Positions 50,042-59,115 of a DNA stretch of 64,000 nt are shown in pieces (position 1 is the stretch's first letter; the number at the start of each line of letters is the position of its first letter). Made by a program: the position numbers and the translations under genes. Source of the stretch: Yoonia sp. Its GTDB lineage: Bacteria > Pseudomonadota > Alphaproteobacteria > Rhodobacterales > Rhodobacteraceae. Under the pieces are notes generated by a model. The model saw only the letters and a program-made list of their open reading frames with translations, ran no database searches and was not told the origin of the DNA. The stretch covers positions 55,497 to 119,496 of the forward strand of contig NZ_JBKBQY010000001.1 of assembly GCF_046292185.1 (NCBI RefSeq), given 5' to 3'.

Positions 50042-50848
50042 CTATGCCAGCCCTCGCAGGTAAGCGCGCAGCACCTTTTCCAGTTTGGCAGCACCGATCG
50101 GGGCCATTGCCTTGGTGTGTTCGTGGCTGATCGCTTCGTCACTTAAACCCGCGGCCATATTGGTGATCGTGGAAATGGCGGCAGCCTTCAGGCCGAGGAA
50201 TCTGGCAAGGATCACCTCTGGCACGGTGGACATGCCCACGGCATCGGCACCCAGCATCGCAATGGCGCGGATTTCGGCGGGCGTCTCGAACGACGGGCCG
50301 GAATACCAGGCATAGATGCCATCCGCCATTTCGATGCCGGTGCTATCGGCGGCGGCGCGCAGGCCGACGCGGATCGCGGGGTCATAGGCGTCTTTCATCG
50401 GCACAAACCGCTGATCTGTGGGTTCGCCGATCAGCGGGTTCAGCCCCGAGAAGTTGATGTGATCAGACAGGCACATGATCGACCCGGTGGGCATATCCGC
50501 CCGCATTGACCCCGCCGCATTCGTGGCAATGACAGATTGCCCACCCAGCGCGCACAGCACCTCCAGCGGCAGGCGCATGGCATCGGGGCGGCCTTGTTCG
50601 TAGTAATGCGCGCGCCCGCCAAAGACTGCGACACGCACACCCTCCAGATCGCCGATCACGAGGTTGGGGTTATGGCCCGACACGCCCGCATGGGGAAAGC
50701 CGGGCAGGTCGGTATAGGGAATTTTCACCCCATCCACCGCATCCGCGATATGGCCAAGGCCAGAGCCAAGGATCAGACCAAGCCGCACCGGGGCATCGCC
50801 CGCGACAGCCTTGATCTGGGTGGAAAGAGCTTCAGCGTTCTTTGACAT
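50042..50848 (-). CDS. Purine-nucleoside phosphorylase, trimeric (PNP/MTAP family 2) type
   Basis: ORF trimmed to ATG 50846-50848 (MSKNAEAL...). GLILGSGLG, VSGHNPNLV and GRAHYYEQ motifs. Confidence 0.88.
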   Translation of the reverse strand: MSKNAEALSTQIKAVAGDAPVRLGLILGSGLGHIADAVDGVKIPYTDLPGFPHAGVSGHNPNLVIGDLEGVRVAVFGGRAHYYEQGRPDAMRLPLEVLCALGGQSVIATNAAGSMRADMPTGSIMCLSDHINFSGLNPLIGEPTDQRFVPMKDAYDPAIRVGLRAAADSTGIEMADGIYAWYSGPSFETPAEIRAIAMLGADAVGMSTVPEVILARFLGLKAAAISTITNMAAGLSDEAISHEHTKAMAPIGAAKLEKVLRAYLRGLA

Positions 50849-51800
50849 AGGGTTGGCCGCCTGCGCGTGGGGGGATCGCCTTGCCGACAAAGCCAGCAAG
50901 GATGATCACGGTCAGAATAAAGGGAAGCACATCCAGCAATTGCCCGTTCACGCGGAACCCGATCACATTGGTGATGATATCCGGGCGCAGCGACAGCGCT
51001 TGCAGGAAACCGAACAGTAGGCAGGCATAAAGCGCATACCAAGGCCGCCATTTGGCGAAAATCAATGCGGCGAGCGCGATATAACCGCGTCCCGCGCTCA
51101 TATCCTTGACGAAACTCGCTTGCAGCGCGGTGGCCAGATAGGCCCCCGCAATACCGCATAGCACGCCACAGATCCCAACCGCGGCAAAGCGCAAACCGAC
51201 CACCGAAACACCGGCGGTGTCCACAGCCGCCGGGTTTTCGCCCACGGCCCGCAGGCGCAGGCCGAAACGGGTGCGATACAGGACCCACCATGTCAGCGGC
51301 ACGGTCAGCAGGGCGACATAGACAAGGATCGTGTGGCCGGAAATCAATTCGTAATAGATCGGGCCGATGACCGGCACTTCGCGCATCGCCTCTGCAAAGG
51401 GCAGGGTGATCGGGTTGAACCGCGCATCACCGGTCAATTGCGGGGTGCGTCCGCCCTGCCGGAACCAGCTTTGCGCCGCAACGACCGTCAGCCCGGCTGC
51501 AAGAAAATTAATCGCCACACCGGAAATCAACTGGTTCCCGCGAAAGGTGATCGAGGCCAGACCATGCACCGCCGATAAAACCAAGGAAGCGCCGATCCCC
51601 GCCAGCAGGCCGATCCAGACATCGCCAGTCACTGCCGCGACAGCGGCAGACATAAAAGCGGCAGCCAGCATCTTTCCCTCCAGCCCGATATCGAAAATAC
51701 CGGCCCGCTCTGAAAACAGGCCTGCCAGACAGGCAAGCAACAGCGGCGTCGCCAGACGCAAGGTCGCGTCTAGCATCTGCAAAAGGGTGGCGAAATCCAT
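50832..51800 (-). CDS. ABC transporter permease (BMP/nucleoside-type, second permease)
   Basis: 322-aa polytopic permease of the branched-chain/ribose-like family. Confidence 0.9.
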   Translation of the reverse strand: MDFATLLQMLDATLRLATPLLLACLAGLFSERAGIFDIGLEGKMLAAAFMSAAVAAVTGDVWIGLLAGIGASLVLSAVHGLASITFRGNQLISGVAINFLAAGLTVVAAQSWFRQGGRTPQLTGDARFNPITLPFAEAMREVPVIGPIYYELISGHTILVYVALLTVPLTWWVLYRTRFGLRLRAVGENPAAVDTAGVSVVGLRFAAVGICGVLCGIAGAYLATALQASFVKDMSAGRGYIALAALIFAKWRPWYALYACLLFGFLQALSLRPDIITNVIGFRVNGQLLDVLPFILTVIILAGFVGKAIPPRAGGQPYVKER

Positions 51801-52223
51801 TTAGGCAACAGCCTCTGTCAGGAAGGGGAACAGCGCAAAGAAACGATCTGCAACTTCGGGGTTGCGGCGCAATGCGGTCTCGGCCTCGGCTTGGGTGATA
51901 TCGTTCACCTGCGGTTTGTCGCGGCGCATGAAAAATTGCAGTCCCAGCATGGCGTCGAAACGGTCATCGGTGATGAACGGATCATGCGGGATACGCTTCA
52001 TCACCGCCTCGTTCGGGCGGAACACATTGGCGCGGTTCTTGACCGCCAGCAGTGCCACCAGATGCGGCGGCACATCCCCGCCCGGTGTCTGCGCGATCAC
52101 ATGATGAATCCATTTGTGCAATTCATCCATCGTGATCATGCCGAGTGCGAGGCAACTCAGCACAAAGCCGAGGTCCGCGCCGGTATCATCCTCGACACCG
52201 ATTTTGAAAGGTCCTGCCATCAT
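51801..52223 (-). CDS. Soluble hypothetical protein inserted between the two ABC permease genes
   Basis: 140 aa, no TM or signal peptide. Start ATGATG overlaps the upstream permease stop. Its TAA is directly followed by the downstream permease ATG. Confidence 0.65.
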   Translation of the reverse strand: MMAGPFKIGVEDDTGADLGFVLSCLALGMITMDELHKWIHHVIAQTPGGDVPPHLVALLAVKNRANVFRPNEAVMKRIPHDPFITDDRFDAMLGLQFFMRRDKPQVNDITQAEAETALRRNPEVADRFFALFPFLTEAVA

Positions 52224-53314
52224 TGTTTTGCTCTCCTCATTGTCAGGAACAGCCGCTCCAGCGGCATACGCACCATATTGTCGAGTGCGCCCGTGAACAG
52301 GATCACCAAAGCCTGAATAACGATGATCAGTTCACGTGGGATCGAGGTCCACAGCGCCAGTTCTGCGCCGCCTTGATAGAGGAACCCGAATAGCAAGGCC
52401 GCCAGCAACACCCCGAAAGGATGGCTGCGCCCCATCAGTGCGACGGCGATGCCGATAAAGCCCGCCCCCTCCACTGCGTTCAGGACCAGCCGTTCGGCCT
52501 CGCCCTGCACATTGTTGATCGCCATCATGCCGGCCAGACCGCCGGAAATCAGCATGGTGACCATGATGATCTTGGTCGGGCTGATGCCCGCATATTTCGC
52601 CGCAGCCTCTGAATGGCCATAGGACCGCAATTCATAGCCCAGCCTTGTGCGCCAGATCAGCGCCCAGATCGCGATACAGGCGGCAACGCCGACGAAAAAG
52701 GTGATATTGGCCGGCGCACCACGGAAAAACGTAGTGTCGCCAAAATTGAACATATCCTGAAACGAGGGCAGATGCGTGGCGGCCGGAAAGGTCGCGGTGG
52801 CGGGTTCCATGGACCCGGATACCTTCAACGGGCCGATCAGCAGGTAGTTCAGCAAGGCGGCGGCGATGAAATTGAACATGATCGTGGTGATCACGATGTG
52901 GCTGCCGCGTTTTGCCTGCAGATAGGCCGGGATCGCCGCCCATGCCGCGCCGAAAGCTGCGGCCATGGCACCGGCACCCAAGAGCGCCAGTGTCCAATGC
53001 GGCCAAGGGATATAAAGACAGGCGATGGCCACGCCCAGACCGCCCAGCACTGCCTGACCTTCGCCGCCGATGTTGAACAGGCGCGCATGAAAGGCGACAG
53101 AAACCGCCAGCCCGGTGAAGATGAAATTGGTCGCGTAATAAAGCGTGTAACCCCAGCCATAGGTGGACCCGAGCGCGCCTTCGACCATCAGTTTCAGCGC
53201 GGCCCAGGGATTTTCCCCGATGGCAAGGATCACCAGCGCCGACAAGATCGCCGCCAGGAGGACCGAAATCAGCGGGATCAGGATCACATCGGCCCATTTT
53301 GGCATCACATCCAT
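52220..53314 (-). CDS. ABC transporter permease (BMP/nucleoside-type, first permease)
   Basis: 364-aa polytopic permease. Confidence 0.9.
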   Translation of the reverse strand: MDVMPKWADVILIPLISVLLAAILSALVILAIGENPWAALKLMVEGALGSTYGWGYTLYYATNFIFTGLAVSVAFHARLFNIGGEGQAVLGGLGVAIACLYIPWPHWTLALLGAGAMAAAFGAAWAAIPAYLQAKRGSHIVITTIMFNFIAAALLNYLLIGPLKVSGSMEPATATFPAATHLPSFQDMFNFGDTTFFRGAPANITFFVGVAACIAIWALIWRTRLGYELRSYGHSEAAAKYAGISPTKIIMVTMLISGGLAGMMAINNVQGEAERLVLNAVEGAGFIGIAVALMGRSHPFGVLLAALLFGFLYQGGAELALWTSIPRELIIVIQALVILFTGALDNMVRMPLERLFLTMRRAKQ

Positions 53315-53316
53315 GC

Positions 53317-54921
53317 TCAGGCCCCCTTGCCCGCGCCGTCACCCGCATAGGCGAGGTTTTCAGCGACGGCTTGGAACACGTCGCCCGCAGGTGCCTCGGT
53401 CATGCCCGCCATGAGCAGCCCAAGCTCTTTTTCATCGGTATCTTGTGGCATCCGCTCGCCCATTATTTTTCCATCGAACATAACAGCGATCCGGTCGGAC
53501 AGGGACAGAATTTCTTCCAATTCGACCGAAACCAGCAAAATAGCCTTGCCCTGATCCCTGAGTGCAACAATCTGCTGATGGATGAATTCGATCGCGCCGA
53601 TGTCGACTCCGCGTGTGGGTTGGCCGATCAGCAACAGATCTGGATTGCGCTCAATCTCGCGCGCCAGAACGATTTTCTGTTGGTTGCCGCCGGAAAAGCT
53701 TTTCGCTGGAAGGCGCGGGTCAGGCGGGCGGACGTCGAAACGGGCCATTTTTTCTTCGGTATCTTTCAGGATCGCCTGGTGATCCATGAACAACCGTGAC
53801 CGCTGATAGCGCTGGTCATGATGATAGCCAAAGGCGGTGTTTTCCCATGCGTGGAAATCCATGATCAGCCCTTCGCGCTGGCGGTCTTCGGGGACATGGG
53901 CGATGCCATTGGCGCGCCTGCTTTGCCCGTCGGACCGTGCGCCGGTTAGGTCAATCTCAACCCCATTCATCAGCACCGTGCCGGTGGCTTTTTCATAGCC
54001 ACCCAAGACCTCCAATAATTCGGACTGGCCGTTGCCCGCGACGCCAGCCAGCCCCAGAATCTCGCCTGCGTGGATGTCAAAGCTGACATCCTTGACCCGG
54101 TGCACGCCTTTATCGTCGGTGACGTTCAGGTTGCGGATCTCCAGAATCTTGCGCCCGATCACCGGCGGAGTCTTGTCCACGCGCAGCAGCACTTTGCGCC
54201 CGACCATCAGTTCGGCCAGTTCCTGTGGGCTGGTCTCGGATGTCTTGACGGTCGCGGTCATTTCGCCCCGGCGCATCACGCTGACGGTATCGGTAATTTC
54301 CATGATCTCGCGCAGTTTATGGGTGATCAGGATGATGGTCTTGCCTTCGCGGCGCAGGTTTTCCAGAATGCGGAACAGGTGATCCGCCTCGGCGGGGGTC
54401 AGCACGCCGGTGGGTTCGTCCAAGATCAGGATATCCGCCTGACGGTACAGTGCCTTGAGAATTTCGACACGCTGTTGCATCCCGACGCCCACATCCTCGA
54501 TCACCGCATCGGGATCGACGTTGAGTTCGTATTCCGTGGCCAGTGCTTTGAGCTCGCGCCGCGCTCGGGCGAGCGAGGGGCGCAACAGCCCGCTGTCCTC
54601 TGCCCCGAGCACGACGTTTTCCAGAACGGTAAAATTTTCCACCAGTTTAAAGTGCTGGAACACCATGCCGATGCCAGCGGCAATCGCCGCCTGACTGTCG
54701 GTGATGTTCGTCTTCTTGCCCGCGATGAAAATCTCGCCCTTGTCGGCTTTGTAGAACCCGTAAAGGATCGACATCAGCGTCGACTTGCCCGCCCCGTTTT
54801 CACCGATGATACCATGGATCGTGCCGGGCATCACGCGGATCGAAATATCCTTATTGGCCTGCACCGGGCCAAAGGCCTTGGAAATGCCTTTGAGTTCAAT
54901 CGCGGGTTCGGGGGCGGTCAT
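53317..54921 (-). CDS. ABC transporter ATP-binding protein with duplicated ATPase domains
   Basis: 534 aa. Walker A GENGAGKST, signature LSGGNQQK, two NBDs. Confidence 0.95.
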   Translation of the reverse strand: MTAPEPAIELKGISKAFGPVQANKDISIRVMPGTIHGIIGENGAGKSTLMSILYGFYKADKGEIFIAGKKTNITDSQAAIAAGIGMVFQHFKLVENFTVLENVVLGAEDSGLLRPSLARARRELKALATEYELNVDPDAVIEDVGVGMQQRVEILKALYRQADILILDEPTGVLTPAEADHLFRILENLRREGKTIILITHKLREIMEITDTVSVMRRGEMTATVKTSETSPQELAELMVGRKVLLRVDKTPPVIGRKILEIRNLNVTDDKGVHRVKDVSFDIHAGEILGLAGVAGNGQSELLEVLGGYEKATGTVLMNGVEIDLTGARSDGQSRRANGIAHVPEDRQREGLIMDFHAWENTAFGYHHDQRYQRSRLFMDHQAILKDTEEKMARFDVRPPDPRLPAKSFSGGNQQKIVLAREIERNPDLLLIGQPTRGVDIGAIEFIHQQIVALRDQGKAILLVSVELEEILSLSDRIAVMFDGKIMGERMPQDTDEKELGLLMAGMTEAPAGDVFQAVAENLAYAGDGAGKGA

Positions 54922-54940
54922 GCGGGCACCTGTCCTTTAT

Positions 54941-54974
54941 GCAAAAGGCCGCGCGGAAAAATCAGCGCGGCCTT
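54941..54974 (-). terminator. Intercistronic terminator-like hairpin between the SBP gene and the ATPase gene
   Basis: AAGGCCGCGC-N10-GCGCGGCCTT, a 10-bp perfect inverted repeat. On the minus strand the 8-bp GC core is followed by TTTTGCAT. Confidence 0.5.
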
Positions 54975-54997
54975 GATATGTGGCCGGTGGGGCTGGC

Positions 54998-55993
54998 TTA
55001 GAAGCTCAGCACCGGGCAGGTTTCGTCAGATGAATAATCATGCACGACCAGATCGCCCGCCGCGATTTCAGCAGCCGCTGCATCGACCGTTTCACGCATT
55101 TCAGCGGTGATCAGCTCTTCATTGTATTCATCCAGCGCATAGCCCACGCCATCGTCGCCGACGCCCATGACATTGATGCCGGTTTCAAGATCGGTGCCAG
55201 CGGTGAAGGCATCATAAACCGCATTGTCGACGCGTTTCAGCATTGATGTCAGGACCTGACCGGGATGCATAAAGTTCTGGTTCGCATCGACGCCGATGGA
55301 CAGGATGTCGTTGTCCGCCGCTGTCTGCAATACGCCGACGCCGGTGCCGCCAGCCGCCGCAAAGACAACGTCGGACCCTTGGCTGATCTGCGCCAATGTC
55401 AGTTCAGACCCTTTGACCGGATCATTCCATGCCGCGGGTGTGGTCCCTGTCATATTGGCGACGACTGTTGCATCGGGGTTCACGGCCAACACGCCTTGGG
55501 CATAGCCACAGGCGAATTTACGGATCAGGGGGATATCCATGCCGCCGACAAACGAAACGGTACCGGTTTCCGATGCCATCGCAGCCAGCATGCCGACCAG
55601 ATACGACCCTTCATGTTCGTTGAACACAACCGACCGCACGTTGGGGGCATCAACGACCATGTCGATGATGGTGAAACTTGTCTCGGGATAATCTGCGGCG
55701 ACGCGTTCCAGTGGTGTGGCCCATGAAAAGCCAGCCATCACGATCGGGTTCGCACCGGATTCTGCAAAGCGACGGATCGCCTGTTCGCGCTGCGCATCGG
55801 ATTGGATTTCCACCTCCGCATAGCTGCCGCCGGCTTCTGTCGCCCAACGTTCGGCACCGTTATAGGCGCTTTCGTTGAAGGATTTGTCGAACTTGCCGCC
55901 CAGATCGAACAGTATTGCCGGATCAGCGGCCGCCGCACCTGCCGTCAGGGCCAGTGCTGCGGATGCACCGAGAAGTTTATGCATGAGGGTCAT
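54998..55993 (-). CDS. BMP-family (PnrA-like) ABC substrate-binding protein, probable nucleoside binding
   Basis: ORF trimmed to ATG 55991-55993. Signal peptide MTLMHKLLGASAALALTAGAAAA. DKSFNESAYNG motif typical of the BMP family. Confidence 0.88.
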   Translation of the reverse strand: MTLMHKLLGASAALALTAGAAAADPAILFDLGGKFDKSFNESAYNGAERWATEAGGSYAEVEIQSDAQREQAIRRFAESGANPIVMAGFSWATPLERVAADYPETSFTIIDMVVDAPNVRSVVFNEHEGSYLVGMLAAMASETGTVSFVGGMDIPLIRKFACGYAQGVLAVNPDATVVANMTGTTPAAWNDPVKGSELTLAQISQGSDVVFAAAGGTGVGVLQTAADNDILSIGVDANQNFMHPGQVLTSMLKRVDNAVYDAFTAGTDLETGINVMGVGDDGVGYALDEYNEELITAEMRETVDAAAAEIAAGDLVVHDYSSDETCPVLSF

Positions 55994-56180
55994 ATCAGTC
56001 TCCCAGATCGTTGTGCAAAGCCGGATGATCACCCGTGCCGTGCCGTTGTTGTAAACCAAGCCGGTCGTTGCCGGACCATCGCAAGATAAGGCCCCGCCAC
56101 GCGCGGAAGATCAACAGGTTTTTGCGCAAATAAAAGCAAGTGGCGATGGATTGATCATGACATTTCAACCTAACGCCGCG

Positions 56181-56600
56181 TTAGCTGGATGCCAATGCCT
56201 TGCTGAGGACAAGTGCGGCGACAGCTGCTGCATCTTTGGGCAAGTAATATCCCGGACGGCGGCCAACCTGCGCATAACCTGCCTGCGCGTAAAGCGCGCG
56301 CGCAGGAACGTTGTCCTCCGCAACTTCCAGGAAAATCGCTGTCGCCCCTTTTGCTTGCGCCATATCTTCCGCCTGTGCCAGCACATCATACGCCAGACCT
56401 TTTCGGCGGTGGGCGGGGGTGGTGGCGATGGTCAGCAATTCGGCCTCGTCCATGGTCACACGCAGCAGGGCAAATGCGCGGGAATCGCCTGCAATGATCG
56501 TGCCGGGCTGGTTGATCAGACCGCGAAACTCCGCCGCCGACCATGACCGTGTCGTTGAAAACGCGTTCTTATGGATGTCTGCCATCACCTCTGGAGTCAT
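56181..56600 (-). CDS. rimI: Ribosomal-protein-alanine N-acetyltransferase (GNAT)
   Basis: 139 aa. GNAT motif A (RRKGLAYDVLAQAE). Overlaps the tsaB stop, the usual tsaB-rimI pairing. Confidence 0.8.
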   Translation of the reverse strand: MTPEVMADIHKNAFSTTRSWSAAEFRGLINQPGTIIAGDSRAFALLRVTMDEAELLTIATTPAHRRKGLAYDVLAQAEDMAQAKGATAIFLEVAEDNVPARALYAQAGYAQVGRRPGYYLPKDAAAVAALVLSKALASS

Positions 56601-57241
56601 GGCCGGATCATCGGCGCCGCGTCGCGCGCTGGGGCTGCATCGGGGGGGCGGATATAAAGCGGTGTCGGGCGGGAATTTTCTCCGCCGATCCGCTGCACTG
56701 CAATCCGGGCGATAGCATTGATCGGTGGTTCCGATGGCGTCACGACGGCAAGTCCTGTGAGCGCGCTGATCTGTTCAGCCACAGGCCCGATGATCCGCGC
56801 ATTGACTGAAATGGGCGGCAGGTCATCCAGCGCGCAAAGCTGCGGCACCCTGTCACCCGCTCCGAACACCTGTATATAGATCATATCCCGCCGCGCATCG
56901 AGACAGGAGACGACGACGCCATCCAGCCCGCATGCCTGCGCTTCCAGCAGCGACACACCCACCGCTGGCTTGCCCAGCCCCAGCGCCAGTCCGCGCGCGG
57001 CGCTGACGGAAATGCGGATTCCGGTAAAATTGCCCGGTCCGGTGCCGACGCCGATCCCGTCCAGATCGCGCCATGCCAGTCCTTCTGCCGTCAACATCTC
57101 TTGCAGCATGGGCAGCAGATGCTCGCCCTGTCCCTTGGCCATGTCATCGACGCGGGTCACGACCCGGTCACCCAACAGCAAAGCGGCGGCGCAATGCGCC
57201 GCCGATGTGTCGAATGCGATCAATCTGGTCTCAGGCGGCAA
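56597..57241 (-). CDS. tsaB: tRNA threonylcarbamoyladenosine biosynthesis protein TsaB
   Basis: 214 aa: LIAFDTSAAHCAAALL...GPGNFTGIRISVSAARGLA. Confidence 0.88.
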   Translation of the reverse strand: MPPETRLIAFDTSAAHCAAALLLGDRVVTRVDDMAKGQGEHLLPMLQEMLTAEGLAWRDLDGIGVGTGPGNFTGIRISVSAARGLALGLGKPAVGVSLLEAQACGLDGVVVSCLDARRDMIYIQVFGAGDRVPQLCALDDLPPISVNARIIGPVAEQISALTGLAVVTPSEPPINAIARIAVQRIGGENSRPTPLYIRPPDAAPARDAAPMIRP

Positions 57242-57794
57242 CAGGCCGCACCTCGACCACTTCGGGGATGTAATGGCGCAGCAGGTTTTCGATACCCATT
57301 TTCAGCGTCAGCGTGGACGACGGGCAACCGGCGCAAGCGCCCTGCATATGCAGATAGACAATGCCGCGGTCAAAGCCGTGGAAAGTAATGTCGCCACCAT
57401 CCTGCGCCACGGCTGGGCGCACACGGGTATCAAGCAATTCCTTGATCTGCGTAACGATGTCGGCATCTTCACCGCTGTGTTCGGCGTGGCCGCTGACCGG
57501 TTTGTGATCCTCTGCCATGACCGATTGGCCGGATTGGTAATGTTCCATGATCGCACCCAGAATGCCGGGTTTGATATGGTCCCATTCGACGTCATCCGTC
57601 TTGGTCACCGTCACAAAGTCGATGCCAAAGAACACGCCAGCCACCCCACCGGTCGCAAAGATGCGCTTGGCCAGGGGCGAATTCTCTGCTGCTTCGACGT
57701 TGGGGAAATCGGCTGTGCCAACCTCCAGCACGTTCTGGCCGGGCAGGAATTTCAGCGTTGCTGGATTCGGGGTCGATTCGGTTTGGATGAACAT
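57231..57794 (-). CDS. NifU-family Fe-S cluster protein (Nfu_N + NifU C-terminal domain)
   Basis: 187 aa. MFIQTESTPNPATLKFLPG and CxxC in GACAGCPSS. Confidence 0.9.
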   Translation of the reverse strand: MFIQTESTPNPATLKFLPGQNVLEVGTADFPNVEAAENSPLAKRIFATGGVAGVFFGIDFVTVTKTDDVEWDHIKPGILGAIMEHYQSGQSVMAEDHKPVSGHAEHSGEDADIVTQIKELLDTRVRPAVAQDGGDITFHGFDRGIVYLHMQGACAGCPSSTLTLKMGIENLLRHYIPEVVEVRPVAA

Positions 57795-57821
57795 GGCGCG
57801 GACCTTCTTTGTCAGGATTGA

Positions 57822-57850
57822 TATATGCCTATCAGCGCGTCATCTGTCAA
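57822..57850 (-). promoter_or_regulatory. Candidate sigma70-type promoter of the nifU-tsaB-rimI operon
   Basis: Minus strand TTGACA-N17-CATATA. The -10 lies ~27 nt upstream of the ATG, and GAAGG RBS lies between. Confidence 0.35.
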
Positions 57851-57853
57851 GGT

Positions 57854-57870
57854 TTTAGAATCGTTCTAAA
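57854..57870. promoter_or_regulatory. Iron control element (Irr box) TTTAGAA-TCG-TTCTAAA
   Basis: Exact match to the alphaproteobacterial ICE consensus TTTAGAA-N3-TTCTAAA. 3 nt upstream of the candidate -35. Confidence 0.6.
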
Positions 57871-58326
57871 TCACGTGATCAGTTCCAGCCGTTCCTTGGA
57901 CAGATCGCCCGGCACGATGGTGATCGGCACCGGCAGGCTGCCTGCCTGACGGCTGAGCTGTGTGACCAGCGGGCCGGGGCCTTTGTTATCGGTGCCGGCA
58001 CCCAGCACCAGCACACCGATGCTGCTGTCTTCGCTGATCTGCGCCATGATCTCTGTCAAAGGTTCACCTTCGCGGATGATCAGTTCGGGGTTCACGTTCT
58101 GCTTGTCGCGCATCCATTTGGCGAACACTTCGAAATGGACCTCGATCCGTTCCCGCGCTTCGGCGCGCATGATTTCACCCACCCCGATCCAATGGTTGAA
58201 TTCATCGGGCGGAATCACCGACAGGATCGCCACGCCGCCGCCGGTATGGGCGGCACGCATCGCGGCAAAGCGCATGGCGTTCAGACATTCGCGGCTGTCA
58301 TCTAGGATGACCAGAAACTTGCGCAT
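57871..58326 (-). CDS. Universal stress protein family protein
   Basis: ORF trimmed to ATG 58324-58326 (MRKFLVILDDSRECLNAMRFAA...). C-terminal GAGTDNKGPG. Confidence 0.8.
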   Translation of the reverse strand: MRKFLVILDDSRECLNAMRFAAMRAAHTGGGVAILSVIPPDEFNHWIGVGEIMRAEARERIEVHFEVFAKWMRDKQNVNPELIIREGEPLTEIMAQISEDSSIGVLVLGAGTDNKGPGPLVTQLSRQAGSLPVPITIVPGDLSKERLELIT

Positions 58327-58527
58327 TATCACTCTCCTGTTCGGGGGATATTGTGAACCATGGATATGATGCTGGCAACGGGGATCGTGGGGCGGTGGCA
58401 CCCGACGCCGGGGAAACGCCGGGTGCCTGCAGAACCGGGGTACCAAAGGGGGGCGGATGGCACCGACCCGGGGGCGCGGAGCAGAGCGAATCCATGCAGC
58501 GCAGGCCCAGCGTCGCATCGGCGGGAT

Positions 58528-59022
58528 TCAGTTTTGTGACGTCTTCGCCGCCAGATCGAGCAGGGACTGCACATCCAGCCGCGCGTTGACCATCCGCAGC
58601 CGACCGTCCGAATGGCGGGGCCAGTCGGACATCGGTTTATCGACGTAAAGTTCGACGCCGTTATCGTCCGGATCACGCAGATAGACCGCCTCGCTCACCC
58701 CGTGGTCAGCGGCACCGTCAAGCGGGAGTCCCGCCGACAGCACACGCGCGATCACGGCACCAAGTGCGGTCCTGTCAGGATATAGAAAGGCGGTATGATA
58801 AAGCCCGGTATGTCCCGCCGGCGGCGGCGTTGCGCCAAGGCTTTCCCAGGTGTTCAGCCCGATATGGTGGTGATAATCACCCGCGGCAAGAAAGGCCGCA
58901 CCCGAGTCATAGCGCTGGGTGACATGAAACCCCAGCACATCGGCATAGAACGCGATGGATCGGTCGAGATTTGATACACGCAGATGTACGTGACCGACGC
59001 GGGTGGCAGCGGGGGCAGACAT
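58528..59022 (-). CDS. VOC (glyoxalase/bleomycin-resistance/extradiol dioxygenase) family protein
   Basis: 164 aa: VGHVHLRVSNLDRSIAFYADVLGFHV... HHIGLN. Confidence 0.82.
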   Translation of the reverse strand: MSAPAATRVGHVHLRVSNLDRSIAFYADVLGFHVTQRYDSGAAFLAAGDYHHHIGLNTWESLGATPPPAGHTGLYHTAFLYPDRTALGAVIARVLSAGLPLDGAADHGVSEAVYLRDPDDNGVELYVDKPMSDWPRHSDGRLRMVNARLDVQSLLDLAAKTSQN

Positions 59023-59115
59023 GATCGTTTTCCTTTCAGCTTTGCTGATAGGGTAACATCAATCGCGCCCGCCGCTATCCGGCATCGTTATGCAAGGCCT
59101 GTGCGGCCATGCAGA

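Noticed and set aside
39694-50848. Two purine-nucleoside phosphorylase genes viewed as a recent duplication.
   Set aside because: They belong to different families (hexameric DeoD type vs trimeric PNP/MTAP type) and share no obvious sequence similarity.
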